Shown: one piece after another, positions 27,535 to 40,300 of the stretch
How positions within the stretch are numbered: position 1 is the stretch's first letter
Layout of the letters: every line of letters begins with the position of its first letter
Assembly (NCBI GenBank): GCA_000165425.1
Contig: CT868152.1
Span: 1-64,000 of the forward strand
Reading direction: 5' to 3'
Origin: Paramecium tetraurelia
Taxonomy: Eukaryota
DNA: 64,000 nucleotides
Translations under genes and position numbers: made by a program
The notes under the pieces: generated by a model
What the model was told of the DNA's origin: nothing
Database searches by the model: none
The model's input: only the letters and a program-made list of their open reading frames with translations

Positions 27535-29147
27535 TCACGACCAAAGATTGTTAAACGAAGCATTGCTAAAGCTTTTGGAAGCCCAATCCATACTTAATAA
27601 CTAAGAATAATATAATTAATTACTGATTTCTGTGTCAAATTAGGCTTAAATGTTGGTAAGTACTTATTCTCTAATTTCATTAAGTTTTCTTGTTTCTTCT
27701 ATTGATAATCTAACAATCTCAACTCTACTTTATCATTTTTATCATTATTGTTATTTCCTCTTCTCTTAATTTATGGTTTAAATGTCAATTATTGGACAGT
27801 CTCTTTATCCTTCTTTATTTGTTCAGTCAAGATATGATCATTTCTCTTCTCCAACCAACTGATTTGTTGATTAACAAATTCCTCCACATTCACTTCAGAA
27901 ACACTATTTTTCTTGAATTTCTCTTTTTCCTTTTCCCATTATTCTTAAAACTATTTCTCTTATTCTTTCTCATGGTGTTTCTTCATTTCCTATTATTACT
28001 AGACCCATTCTTGCTTTTTCTGTATTATTTATTGTTATCTGATATGAATAGGCACATAGTATTCACATTCAGTTTTAATTCTCTATACTTAAGTTTCCAT
28101 AATTTCTTGTCTCTTCTATCGTTAATTATTAACTTTCTATTTTTTTGGTGTTTCCTTCTCTTAAAATTGTTTAGTCTCTGCTGGCTATTATCCAGATTCC
28201 TATTTCTTGATAGTGTCACTCACTTTATATTTTATCTCTTTAGTTTAAACGACCTTATGACTTTGATCCTCCTTATATTAAACATCTTCAGCTACTTCTG
28301 CTTCTTCCTTTAATTCTTAATCCATCACAATTACAATCTGTTATTATGATTTAGTAAGATTAATATTTTTTTGGCTTTCATAAATGTGATACAATACTTA
28401 ATAATTTGAAAGTCCTTTATTTTTGGAAGATTTGGTAATAAATCAGCTTAAACAGCCATATCCTTAAATTGACATATCTATTTATATGATTCGTCTTCTT
28501 CAATCAACTATTTTAGTTTTCTGTCCAATAGAATACAACTTTTTTAATTGATAAATGGTCTTGCTATAGTTTGTTGTTTCTCTTTGTTTTTTTCTTCATC
28601 CACCATCTTCTACAATTACTTTGTTCTTCTTTTCTCAAAATCATACAATCTATTCACAGTCTCTAAAAATGCTGTCATATTATATATTTGAAGTATTACC
28701 TTCATCGGATTCTAAGACTGCTTCATTCTTCTACTTCTCCTGCTCTTTTTGTTTCTATTGCTCTTTTTTCTTTTTTACTTCCTCCGACTTTAATTGTGAT
28801 TACTTGATATTTTATTACACTTTATCAAATTCTATATTATAGATGCATATGTTACTTTTCACTTGTTTTTATGGTTAAGGAAATGATTTCTTAGGCATTT
28901 CAATGACTGGCTTTTGTGGCTTCTTGGTGAGTTCACATTTCTTCTTATTAAGTGCATCCTGAAAGACTGCTTAGGAATTAGAAAATTTCCCATTTTGCAG
29001 TTTTAGTATTGAAGAGTCTGAAGTGTTTCTGGCAGTGAATACTTACCTGACTGGAGACAAGGAATTTTTAGTAGATTCAATTTAGAGATATCTTTCTAGT
29101 GACTGCGATTTGACGCTTTCTTTTGAGTCATCTAATTATTGATTCAT
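27535..29147 (-). CDS. Hypothetical K/E/Q-rich coiled-coil protein
   Basis: MNQQLDDSKESVKSQSLERYL.., charged helical segments, tiny introns, ends ..ASFNNLWS*. Confidence 0.65.
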
Positions 29148-29184
29148 TATCAAATAAAATTTAATTATATTTTCATTCCTATTA
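29148..29184. promoter_or_regulatory. 37-bp intergenic spacer between divergent start codons (putative bidirectional promoter)
   Basis: The minus-strand ATG ends at 29147 and the plus-strand ATG starts at 29185; the spacer is AT-rich. Confidence 0.45.
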
Positions 29185-32100
29185 ATGAATGAGAATATAT
29201 GCAAGGATTGTAAAATGACATTTGAATTAAGTGAATAATTAGCTAACCATATTAAAAGAGTATTAAAGCATAAATTGATGATAGTTTTGTGTTAATTCTG
29301 AATATGTTAATTTAAATAAATTGGAACAGAAACATGAATATGCTACAAAATCTGCATATCCAGAAATGAAACCTAATCTAAAATAATAGGATCCATCATC
29401 ACTTAAGAATTATGGTGGATACACATTAGTATGTAGATTTAATAAATCAGGACTAAATCAGATCTAATCTCAAAACTAATGATGGTGATTTTAAAAGATT
29501 AGAAAATGCGGTTCTGAGAAAGAAAGAGGATGAATTTATTGATTAAATTGATAGACTAAAGTAGATAGATAATAAATGAGAGTAGTTAATGATTAAGATG
29601 AACACATCTATTCAATACTGTTACAAGAAGTAGAATTAAAGAAGGGGAGAGAATTTTAATGTAGAATTGAAAAAAAACAAATACGTAAATTGATCAATGA
29701 GATGGACTCATGGAAGATGTCTGTATTGGAAGAGTAAAAGAAATAAATGCTTGATAAACTCCTATTAGAAAGAAAGGATTTGAAAAATAAATAATTATAA
29801 TTAATAGTCGATATCAGATCATTTACAAGAGGACACAAGACATTGTTTTCAATGGAATAGGCATAAAGGGCTACTGATAATAGAATAATAGCATCAACCT
29901 AATATTCAGATGCAAAATTATAATTAGTTAAATTACATACTAGATTAAAATATATGGATGTTGAGTGAAATAGAATTTTAGATAATTTGGAGAGAATTAA
30001 ACTAGGAGATTTTTGGAGAAGTAAGGAGAAGACAATCATCCATGAATAGTATACGTAATAGTTAATCAATATTGAATGATTAAAGTTAAATAAGAACTAC
30101 TTAGAATTATGATGAGATTGCTAGAATGAAAGAAAAGATAGCTTAGGATGCTTAGAGATTGGAACAATTGAAAAGAGAATAAATGGAAAGAGCTGATAGA
30201 TTAAAAACATCGAGACCTTAATCTCATTTGTCAAATTAAGTTATAGATGAACTACAATAATTGAAGAACGATTACTAATAGGCAGGTGGATAGGATTAAA
30301 AATTTGTAAATGATGTAAATAATTTGGAATCATTTTATAAAGGAGCAATCTAATAACCATAGTAATTAAACTAATAATAATAATAATAACCATAATTATA
30401 ATAACCTATTTAATTTTAATAGTAATAACAGCCAGTGTAAATGTTTTAATAATAACCTATGTTTATTAATCTCTAATAATAAGAGATTTAATCAAATAAA
30501 CCAAAGAAGAAAGATTTCAATGATCCATTTTAATAATTTTCAAGAAAGAAGGAGTTTTTCTTATAAAATAATGTGAGAGGATTTGATTTAACAAGAGAAG
30601 AATAAATATTGATGAATTTATAAGCATAAGAAGTAGACTCTTTGAGAATGATTTCTAGAATTCCCATAGGAACTGAAATTTATAGATTTAAGTTGGAATA
30701 ATATAAAGAATTGTCAACTATGAGAGCAGAAATGGAAAAGATTATTTAAGTGCAACGATTATAAAGAGTAAGAAGGAATTTTGAGAAGAAAAGAAGACAA
30801 AAAGATAAAGAATTTGAGATTAATAAATGGGTTGATGATTAAAGAAAATTTATTATAGAAAATAGATTAAGGAATGATTTTGGAGAAGTGAGAAAGGAAG
30901 GTCACTTATATGATCCAGCTGAAGAGTTAGTAATCCATTGGGATTACCAAGGAAAACAAAACTTGCTTAATTTGTTTTTGCAGTTTTTAACAATATGCAA
31001 ATATTAAATTAACCAAAGTTTATAGAACCATATGATTGTGAGATAGAAGGAGAGAGTTCAAATCGTGTATTAATTAGAGAGACTAATCAATTACACGAAA
31101 TACCTGCTCATCCAGAAGTATTATTGATAGAGGAAGTGCAATTACCTGTCAGTAAGAAATTGGAGGAGAATACTGGTAAAACTCAATCATATGGATGGAC
31201 ATAAATTGATTTATTTGATTAATAAAGACAACTGAAAAGAGGCAATTCAAGTGTCCATTATACAAACGACCTACAGATGCTTCTATTACATAGAATATTG
31301 CAAAATTAGAACCCATTCCAAATGCTTTGTTCCATATGAGAATTACTTATCCAAATGATGAAGATTTAAGATAAGTCAGATCAATTTATCCTGAATAAAC
31401 TGCCATGGAATACAATATTCCATATATTCATTTGAGAAGCTTACTTGATAGAAATTATGAAGCTGCCATTGAAGGCAAGGAATAAAACAATAAAGATAAT
31501 GGGGAATTGAGTTTAAATGGCTAAAATTACAAAGTGACTGAAGAAGTAGCAGTGTTTGGAAACAAAAGAAATCCCACTCCATAAACTAAATAATATGTCT
31601 TAAGAGGAGACACAAAGAAAGGGTATCGAATATAGATACATCACATTCAGAATAAAATAGCCAATAATTTTATGAGAGTCATATGTGCAGCATTAACTGA
31701 TTAACATTTGATGTTGGATCCAAGTGGATAACCACTAGCATTTAACACTACTATTCACGATGCTAGTAGTCCTAATTCAGGTTAAAGTGTAGAATCTAAT
31801 CCATTTCCACTTATTGAGGCTGATCTTTAAATGAAAGGAATCAGTAACAAAGCTGCCGGATCAATTTTGATTGAATTCAACGAAGAATATAGATTTTTTT
31901 ACAATTTTCAAAAGTAAGCCATGAGTTCTGGAAAAGTATACTTTTTATTGATATTAATTAGACTATTTATCTTGGATTTTAAGTGGTCGAAAAGAATGCC
32001 TCCAAAGGTAGAGCCAATACTACTATGACTATGGGAGATTATGAAGTCATTGGTTGGTCGTATATAATATTTGTAAAACAAGATGGAAGTGTGAGAACTG

Positions 32101-32280
32101 GGAGAAGTACTTTAAATTTATTTGAACCACCTTTGAAGAGACCTCCATTAGATGAGTCAAATGAATGGTATTAATCTATCTTAGTTAACACAATCTTAAA
32201 TTAAATTGGACTATTCTTTGTATGGCTTTGAATATAAAGATGAAGATATGATCAAATGGAAAAATCAAAGAGTTTTTTGA
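29185..32280 (+). pseudogene. CCDC17: CCDC17-like gene (N-terminal C2HC finger, coiled coil, C2-like domains) with multiple lesions
   Basis: MNENICKDCKMTFELSEQLANHIKRFC matches the CCDC17 N-terminal pattern; LVIHWDY, SYGWTQIDLFD, CPLYKRPTD. In-frame TGA at 29966-29968 and frameshifts near 30010, 30945 and 31245. Confidence 0.7.
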
Positions 32281-32325
32281 TTATGACTAATATATTTAAT
32301 TAATATGTAACATTAAGGTGATTTC

Positions 32326-33614
32326 ATGATCAATGTATATTTACATTCTTCTCGTAGGCTGACTTAATTATCAAACAGCTACAATGTGCTGTGTGTATCA
32401 ATGAATTCAATAACCCATTTCTAACAAAATGCGGTCATAGCTTTTGTTATGTATGAATTGAAACATTTAAAAAAGAATTGCATCGAAGAAGTCATCAACA
32501 GATACCATAAATGCCCTTTGTGCAACTTAGACCTAAATAAGACAGATATCTATAAGAATAATCAAATTAATCAAATCAAATGTATTTTGTTGATTCACAT
32601 TAGAAATCATTGAGGAGCAGAAAAAATAATAATTAAACCATAAAGTGAACAATGTATTCGGAGACTAAAATACGAATGCTTTCTTGCCTGATTATAAAAT
32701 GATATCAGATGTAAATCAATAAAATAAAAGAGATGTTTAAAAATGCAGTCTAGCAAATGTACAATGTTTATGAGAGCAAATATATTGATGCGATTGATGA
32801 ATACAAAGCTCGATAATAGGAACTTAAAATTGATTATACACAAAGGTTAGATGCAGCCATGGAAGTAATCTAATTAGAGTCATAAAAATAGGATCATGTC
32901 AAAGAATAAATCAACAATAACTATAAAGAGGCAGTGAAACAAATTGAAACCAGCTTTAAATAACTCAAAGATTATTATGCAGAATGCGTATATAAATCAT
33001 TAGAATAATTTAAATGTGAATAAATTGATGTAAGAATTGTAACAACTGTTTAGATTCTAATATAAATTGTGTTACCAAGACAGAATGCATAATTTCCTTG
33101 GCCATTTAAGGTTAACAATAGAATTAGTTCAATCGCGGAAGTCATTTTCCAGTACTTTGATAAAAAAAATGATCCCATCTAGAACTTCGACCCATCGAAA
33201 TTAAAAATTATATTCTGCAAACCTTAAGATCTCTACAAGATTAGCCAGTCAGTATTAAATAAGGATCTTGATGTTATATCTCAATAATATCAAATTTATC
33301 CTATGAATAGTGAGATATTTTTGGCATCTTTGGGTCAGGTTAAGCAAGGCTCAATTATTGTTGTTATTAGTGACATCAGTTTAAAGAGCTAATAACCTCA
33401 GGAATGCATTACATTTAAATTTAATAAAGATAAATTAGTGGATTACTATAGTTGTCAATAATGTAAGATACATTGGGTGTGCTAAGTTTGCAAGGACTTT
33501 TGTCATTAAGGACATCAATTGTCAATTTATCGGTAGCAGGTCAAACCAGATTGGGCTTGTTGTTATTGTGTATCAAAGGGATTCTGTAAGGCATTAAATA
33601 AAAATAATTAATGA
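32326..33614 (+). CDS. RING (C3HC4) - coiled coil - possible UBL-fold - UBR-box-like zinc finger protein (putative E3 ligase)
   Basis: CAVCINEFNNPFLTKCGHSFCYNCIEEVINRYHKCPLC; C-terminal CITFKF..YYSCQQCKIHWVCQVCKDFCHQGHQL..ACCYCVSKGFC. Confidence 0.85.
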
Positions 33615-34348
33615 TTAAGTATAATAAATATTATTTATTTCAATTATCAGTTTTCATTCTAGAAATATTTTCTAACTCACTTAAAAGTATTGAAATCTAA
33701 TTATCATTTGCAGTTTCACTTACCATTAATGAAGAAATTAATCTATGCAAAAACTGTAGTTCAAAACTAATTTTTGATATTAATTACTCAAAATCTCATA
33801 ATAAAGATACTAAATGTTTTAAAAAATGAATTTAAAGAAAATAAAATAAAATCTTAAATAATCAAGCCATAATTTATTAATAATAAAAGATAGATCAGAT
33901 AAATTAAAAGAGTAATCATTTAAAGAGTTAGCAACATAAGCAACAGGATAAGCTATTTTACCTTCCATCAGTGGTTCTAAAGGAATAATATTAGTCAAAA
34001 ATCTGAGATTGTATTAATTGGAAAATGTAAATTAGAATGAATAATAAAGAGATATTTAGAACTTTAATTATAACTGTTAAGATCATTATAGTAAATTTAT
34101 TATAAATTAATGGGAATTAAATATAAATGGATAATTCCCTGAATTTATTATTATATTAATCCGTAACATTCGAATTTATTGTGTGTTATATCTAAAAATT
34201 ATTGTAATCTAACAATATTTTTTAAAGATAATATATGTTACTTTAGATCTAAATATTTATCTACCTAAATCAAGTAATGATAGGAATTTAAATGAAAAAT
34301 AATTAAATAATTTATATAATATTTGAATCATTAATTATTAGAATTAAA

Positions 34349-37300
34349 ATGAGAGAAAAGAAAACCAATCTATTTAATATAATGATAATGATTGCTATTT
34401 TATCTTTGTGCGTTGAGTCAAATGATAAATGCAATATTTATCAACACTCTCTTGTAGGTTGTATTTAAGAAACAAAAAATATTCGATGTAATCCAACTTT
34501 GATATGATAGGCTAATATGATTATTTCAATAATAAGTGTTCAGAGAACTAACAAACGAATTAAGGATGTTCGGAATAATTGAATAGGGAGGCCTGTGTAA
34601 ATCAATTGACAGATTATCTTAATAATAGAGTGTATTGTAGATATATGGTGAAATTATATAATAGGTTTTTTCCAAGAGAAATGTATGAATGCAAAGGAGA
34701 TATAATTGTAATAATTTGGATGTTCAGAAATGTTCAACAAATACGCTTGCTTAATAGTTGAGAATTACTCCTGCACTTGGGAGAATTAAAGATGCACAGA
34801 AACAAAGGGAATTGATTATAGTGACTCTTAATTATGTAATATCTTCCTAACACCAGTGAATCCTCACACATGTTCTTAGATACCTTCAGCTAAATGTAAG
34901 TAGTTCTATTATGATAGGTATGAGTGGGGGAGATTTCGAATGTATTGAATTACGATCAGAGCAATTATCATAATTGTCATGCAATGAAATAGGCTTAAAT
35001 GAGGAAGGCTGTTATGCGCTGAATAAGATAGATCAATATTGTATTTAATAATGAAAATTAGGTACTTTTAGGAATGGAAAATGTTAAGAGTTAAAATTAT
35101 CAGACATCTAATCCTGTGATCAGAAGCTAAGTAAATCAGCATGTTTGTCTAATAAAAACAATGATTTATAATGTGAATGGTTCGGCAAACAATGTAGAAC
35201 CTTTAAATATGAAACAGGATAAGTGTGCGTAACAAAAAATCAGGTAAATACTTCTGTTTGTTAAAAATCGACTGGGTTATGTTAATATGATGAGAGTCAA
35301 TCTAAATGTGTGATTATTCAAAATTATCATATCAACAATCTTTAATGCAATACTCCAGGATTGTCAAAGATAGCTTGTTTATCAGTTATTAATTAAAATT
35401 GTACATTTGTCCATGGAAAATGCTAGGAGTTATCGGAATTAGATCTTAATTTTTTTCAATGTCACATGGATCTGAATAAACAGGCTTGTGTTAATATTAA
35501 GACTCATTTCTAATATTGTTTTTGGAATGGGAATAATTGCGAAAGAAGAGTGATGAATTAAGATTACGATTGTCCATTAAAAGTAGAGAATAGTAAAACA
35601 AGAGTAAATGGAAATGTTTGTTAGGCCATCTCATATTATTAGAAGAAATGCAAATACAATGCATAGACTAATTTATGCATAGAGAGTTCTATTACTGATA
35701 GATGCAACACTCCTTTTATAAATAAAATTGGTTGTCTCAGTATCGTAAAAAAGGATGAAGCATGTTAATGGACGATGCAAGGTTGTAGGAATGTTGAGGT
35801 GTTACAATAGATAACTACTTGCAATAATTTGGGGAGTGCAAATCCAATTGCATGCTCTTAAGTATTTGAATCTGACCAGAAGGTGGGTTGTTATTTTGAT
35901 CAACAAAAACAAAAATGTGTAGTATTAAACATTGAAGTTGGTCCATATGCTACCAAAGAGGAAATAATAAAGAAGCAGAAGGATTTGGAACTATTGAGAA
36001 CTATATCGTGCAATGATATTGCCTTGGGATTAAATAAAATAGGCTGTTCATCTATCACAACAATCGGAGTAGCTTGTAGATGGAGCAGAGATTAATGTGT
36101 TTAGATAGAAAATCCAAAAGACATCCAAACACTTCCATGTTTGAGTCTAGTGTATGCCAATTATAAAGCCTGTTCTTATGTCTTGTATGGTGGGGAAGTT
36201 TGTAGATACTCGTCATTGGTTAAGGGATGTGTTAATTCTATAACCAAGAATATGCAATGCAATGAGTTAGGCTTAAATTCATTTGGATGCTCCAAGGCTG
36301 AAGGTTCTTGTTAATATATTGATAATCAATGTGTACAATCTGAAGGGGGTTAAACAAACCCTTAACCAACTTAATCAACTGGAAGTGATGTAGATACAAA
36401 TCCACCGACTCCATTAACATGTGAAATAACATCACCTACTAAGACTGTGTGTTTGTCTTTTGTTTCCTTGTTGTGCAAATGGACTAAATCTAAGAGTGCT
36501 TGTGAAACTGTAGAAGTTAAGTAAAATTCGAGTTGTCTTGAGTATGGGGGATCGGACATTTCTGTTAATTCGGATGTGTGTGCATCTATAATCATGGATT
36601 TTCCTGATTACGACTTTGTAAAAGGGGTTTAAGCGGATAAAAACAGAGGGTATTGCTATCATAATAAACAAATATCACAATGTTAAGTTAAAAAGGAATT
36701 CTGTAACACTAAGTGTTGTACTGAAATTGAAAATATCGGAATAAATGCCCATTCTTGTATTAAATTCTCAAGTAATGAACCTGGAGCCTATTGTTACTTT
36801 AATAATTTAAAATGTTAAGAATTGACAGATGAGATTGTGGACACATCAGAATAAGATTAAATCAAATTGTATTTTAATGAACTTAAATTGCCATGCACTT
36901 CTATGAGTAAGAATTCTTGTCATATGATTGATTGGTCATTGGATCAACGCTGCTATTATAATGGAATAGTCTGTCTAAATATCAATTACAATTATTATAA
37001 GGATAATCGTATTTTCATTTAGGATCCTTCTGTTTTAAATGAGAATGCATGTTTTGCCATTGATGGGAGGATAACAGTATAGAACACACTCAAATATATT
37101 GGATATGATGATGAAAATAAAAGATGCAAAGAGTTGTTATTAGATGACGAATTTTCATATGCCACATGTGAAGATGCAAAGGCCAATAGAAATGTTTGTC
37201 AAAGATACACAGGTAGGAACTATTGCAAATGGGATGAACAACTAATCAGATGTATTACTATACCTTTAGATGAATATGGTGAAATCTAAACATGCGTTTA

Positions 37301-40300
37301 AAATCTAAATGTTAAAGCATGTACTGATATTAAAAAGAGTAGTTGTCTCTTTTAGAAGGAGTTGGATATTTGTGAAGATGCTTATAAGAGTCAAGTTGTT
37401 GATGTCTTTAATATAGATTGCACTCATTTTAAATTGTTAGGTAAGGTAAGTTGGTAAGTATGTTAATAAATTAACAAACCTGGATAACAGTGTGAATTCC
37501 TCAATTATGATTGTGTAGATTCAACTAAAGTTTCTGGAAGTTGCGATGGCTAGTTAGCCAATAACAGATCTTGCTTCAAAAATACCAAAGGTTTATGCAG
37601 ATGGGATCCGGCCACTTGTTAATGCTTTGTGAATCACCAAGATATTTCACAATTGTCATGTTAAGATAATATCAATATTGAATTATGTAAAAAGATAACA
37701 AAAGAGGCTTGCATTTGGAATGATATAACAAATGATTGCTAAGTTTTCATTACTCAGAATTCAACAGATTTTGAGATCTTCAATAAGACTGGAAATCATA
37801 AGTTTAATGAAAGAGCATGTTTAATAATCACAGGAGATGCCTACTATTATGATAAAGTAACGCAGAAATGTACAAAACTGGTATCTCAAACAGTAGATTG
37901 TGACACATATCAATTAAATAAATATGCTTGTTTGTATCATACAAGAACACATCATTGTTTCTATGATGAAGATGAGGTTGTACCTAATAACAAATGTAAA
38001 AAATTTAATTAAGACCAATCTATATGCTCTTCTAAGTGGCAGATCAACATAGAAGTTTGCATGGATATATAGTAACCTTGCGTTTTCGATATTACTACAT
38101 TATAATGTACTTCTTTTGGTGAATCAAAGAAATGCTCAGAACTTACACTATTATCTGCTGACCTAAAACACCCTAATAAACGAGTTTGTTCATCTGTTGC
38201 TGATACATTAGAGGAGACTGTAGGAGAATTATAGTGTTTTGAAGACAAATAAAATCAATAATAATGTAAATTCGAAAAGTATTGCCTATGGTTCAATTAT
38301 GGTTGCGAAATATTCAAGATTGTGTATGATGTAGAAACCACACCTGATTTTTAATAACAAACAATAAAAGAATGTGACTTTGAGGAAATAAATGCGTGTG
38401 AAGATGAAGTTGCCAAGAATACTTCTGGATTATTTCGAAAAGATAGGAAGTCAATGATTGATAGTTCATGGGATTGGGAAAATGAGACTTGCATAAAACA
38501 CATAACAACGTTTACAAGAGAACATAACTATTATTATATTTCTAATAATACCTAAAATTGTACTATAAAAGAGTGTTCCATAATTGAAGAGTACTTTTGC
38601 AATGTTGATGAAATTACAGAGACCATAATTCCATTTGGAGAAGCGTCATCTGATATTCCCGATTCTTCTATTTATAGCATTGGATCAAATCTTGATACTG
38701 GAGATACTTGTGAGAATTTGGATTGCTCTTAATTATCTGAATACTCGTGTAGGATTGCCAAAAATGATTGTTTATAACAGAATACTTGCCAGCTGGAATT
38801 GGATTATCCATTTTAGTCTTTAATATAGGGAAGTTGTTTACCAAAAAAAAACTATATTTTTAATCAATGGTGCCAATTGAAATAAAATATAGTGGATGTA
38901 TGCTTAAACACTTTTTCAAAGGCATTGTGCTTAGATTTGAGTGATAATTGTTACTATGATAGTGATTAAGGAGGTTGTAAGTACATAGCAGGTAATGAAC
39001 ATAAAATTGTAGATTGCAATCAAATTGCAAATAACTGTTACGTTAGTTCAAATTTCAGAGCAATATGCTAGAATGGATAATCTAGTATAAAACCAGGCGA
39101 TCAATGCAAAACAGTTCAAAAACCACATAAGACTTGTGTACCTCTTCTTACATATCAATCAACATTCAGTTGTTCAAATATATTGAGCTAAGATGCTCAA
39201 CCAATCTTATGTTCTAAGGCTAGCGATGATTGCAGATTCGATGGGTAGATGTGTATAAGTACAATGCCTACACTCAAGTCAAATGGAAAATGTCCTTGTG
39301 ATATGAGCTTTAGTAAATAATTATGTACCAAATGCGGATGTGATTATGATTATACAGGGTATTGCTAAGAAACTAAATAAGTACCTTAAGTAAAACCAGA
39401 CAAATCAAATAAATACTTTTTGTGTTTTGAAGTGAATCTATTAAATACATCATTTATAAAGGAAATATGCGGAAAGGTTGATGAAGCTTGTGCATATCGT
39501 GGATCTACATGTTAAGATGCTAATCATTATACATGCAGTGAACTATTATTGTATACTGGTTCATTAAAAGCATGTCAAAAATGCTAAGAATATGCAACTA
39601 AATATGATGCTACTGAATAGAAGTGCAGTAAAATTGACAATACTGTTTAGAATTCATGTGATAATCTAAATTAAATTGCTTGTCTTCTCAATACTAAAGG
39701 AGTCAAATGCAAATGGGAAAACTTTAGTTGTTAAACGATATCAATATAGAAGAGTGATGTCATTTAATGTTCTATTTTGAATTTTGATGCTTGTTATAGT
39801 TCATAAGTCAATATTTGTTGGATTGATTAAGCAACTTCCCTATGTGTTGATTATGATCCTTATAAAGGCAAATGTGATCTATTAAAAACTGAATCTCTAT
39901 GTGTAAGGTCTATGTATGAGAATTGTAAATGGAGTTCAAACTAATGCATTCAGAGCAGTGTGATCCCTAATGATACATGCGAGAATTTAAATCAATATTT
40001 ATGTCTAAATGCTCAAAATATCTCATGTGGATGGTCAGATGTATATGAAAAGTGCTATAAACTGGTATTCAATTCAGAACCTGCTTCATGTGTTGAATTT
40101 CTGAGTAGCGAGTAATAATCATTTATAAATCGTTGTAATTCTTACACTTGTACTTAAATTAAAGTTTAGTAAGGATGCATACATGACTCGTATTATAAAT
40201 GTAGAGCAATTATTCCACTTGATGTCATCTCTTGTGAAGTATCACCAATTTCTAATATAAATGAATTTGCATGTGCAAAGTTGGCCAAGGGAAAGTGTAA

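Noticed and set aside
27792..28313. 173-aa hydrophobic plus-strand ORF from the track
   Set aside because: It is the antisense shadow of the K/E-rich coiled-coil gene on the minus strand.
33813..34330. TGA-free frame upstream of the giant surface protein
   Set aside because: Long open frames arise easily with a single stop codon in AT-rich DNA; no motif support.
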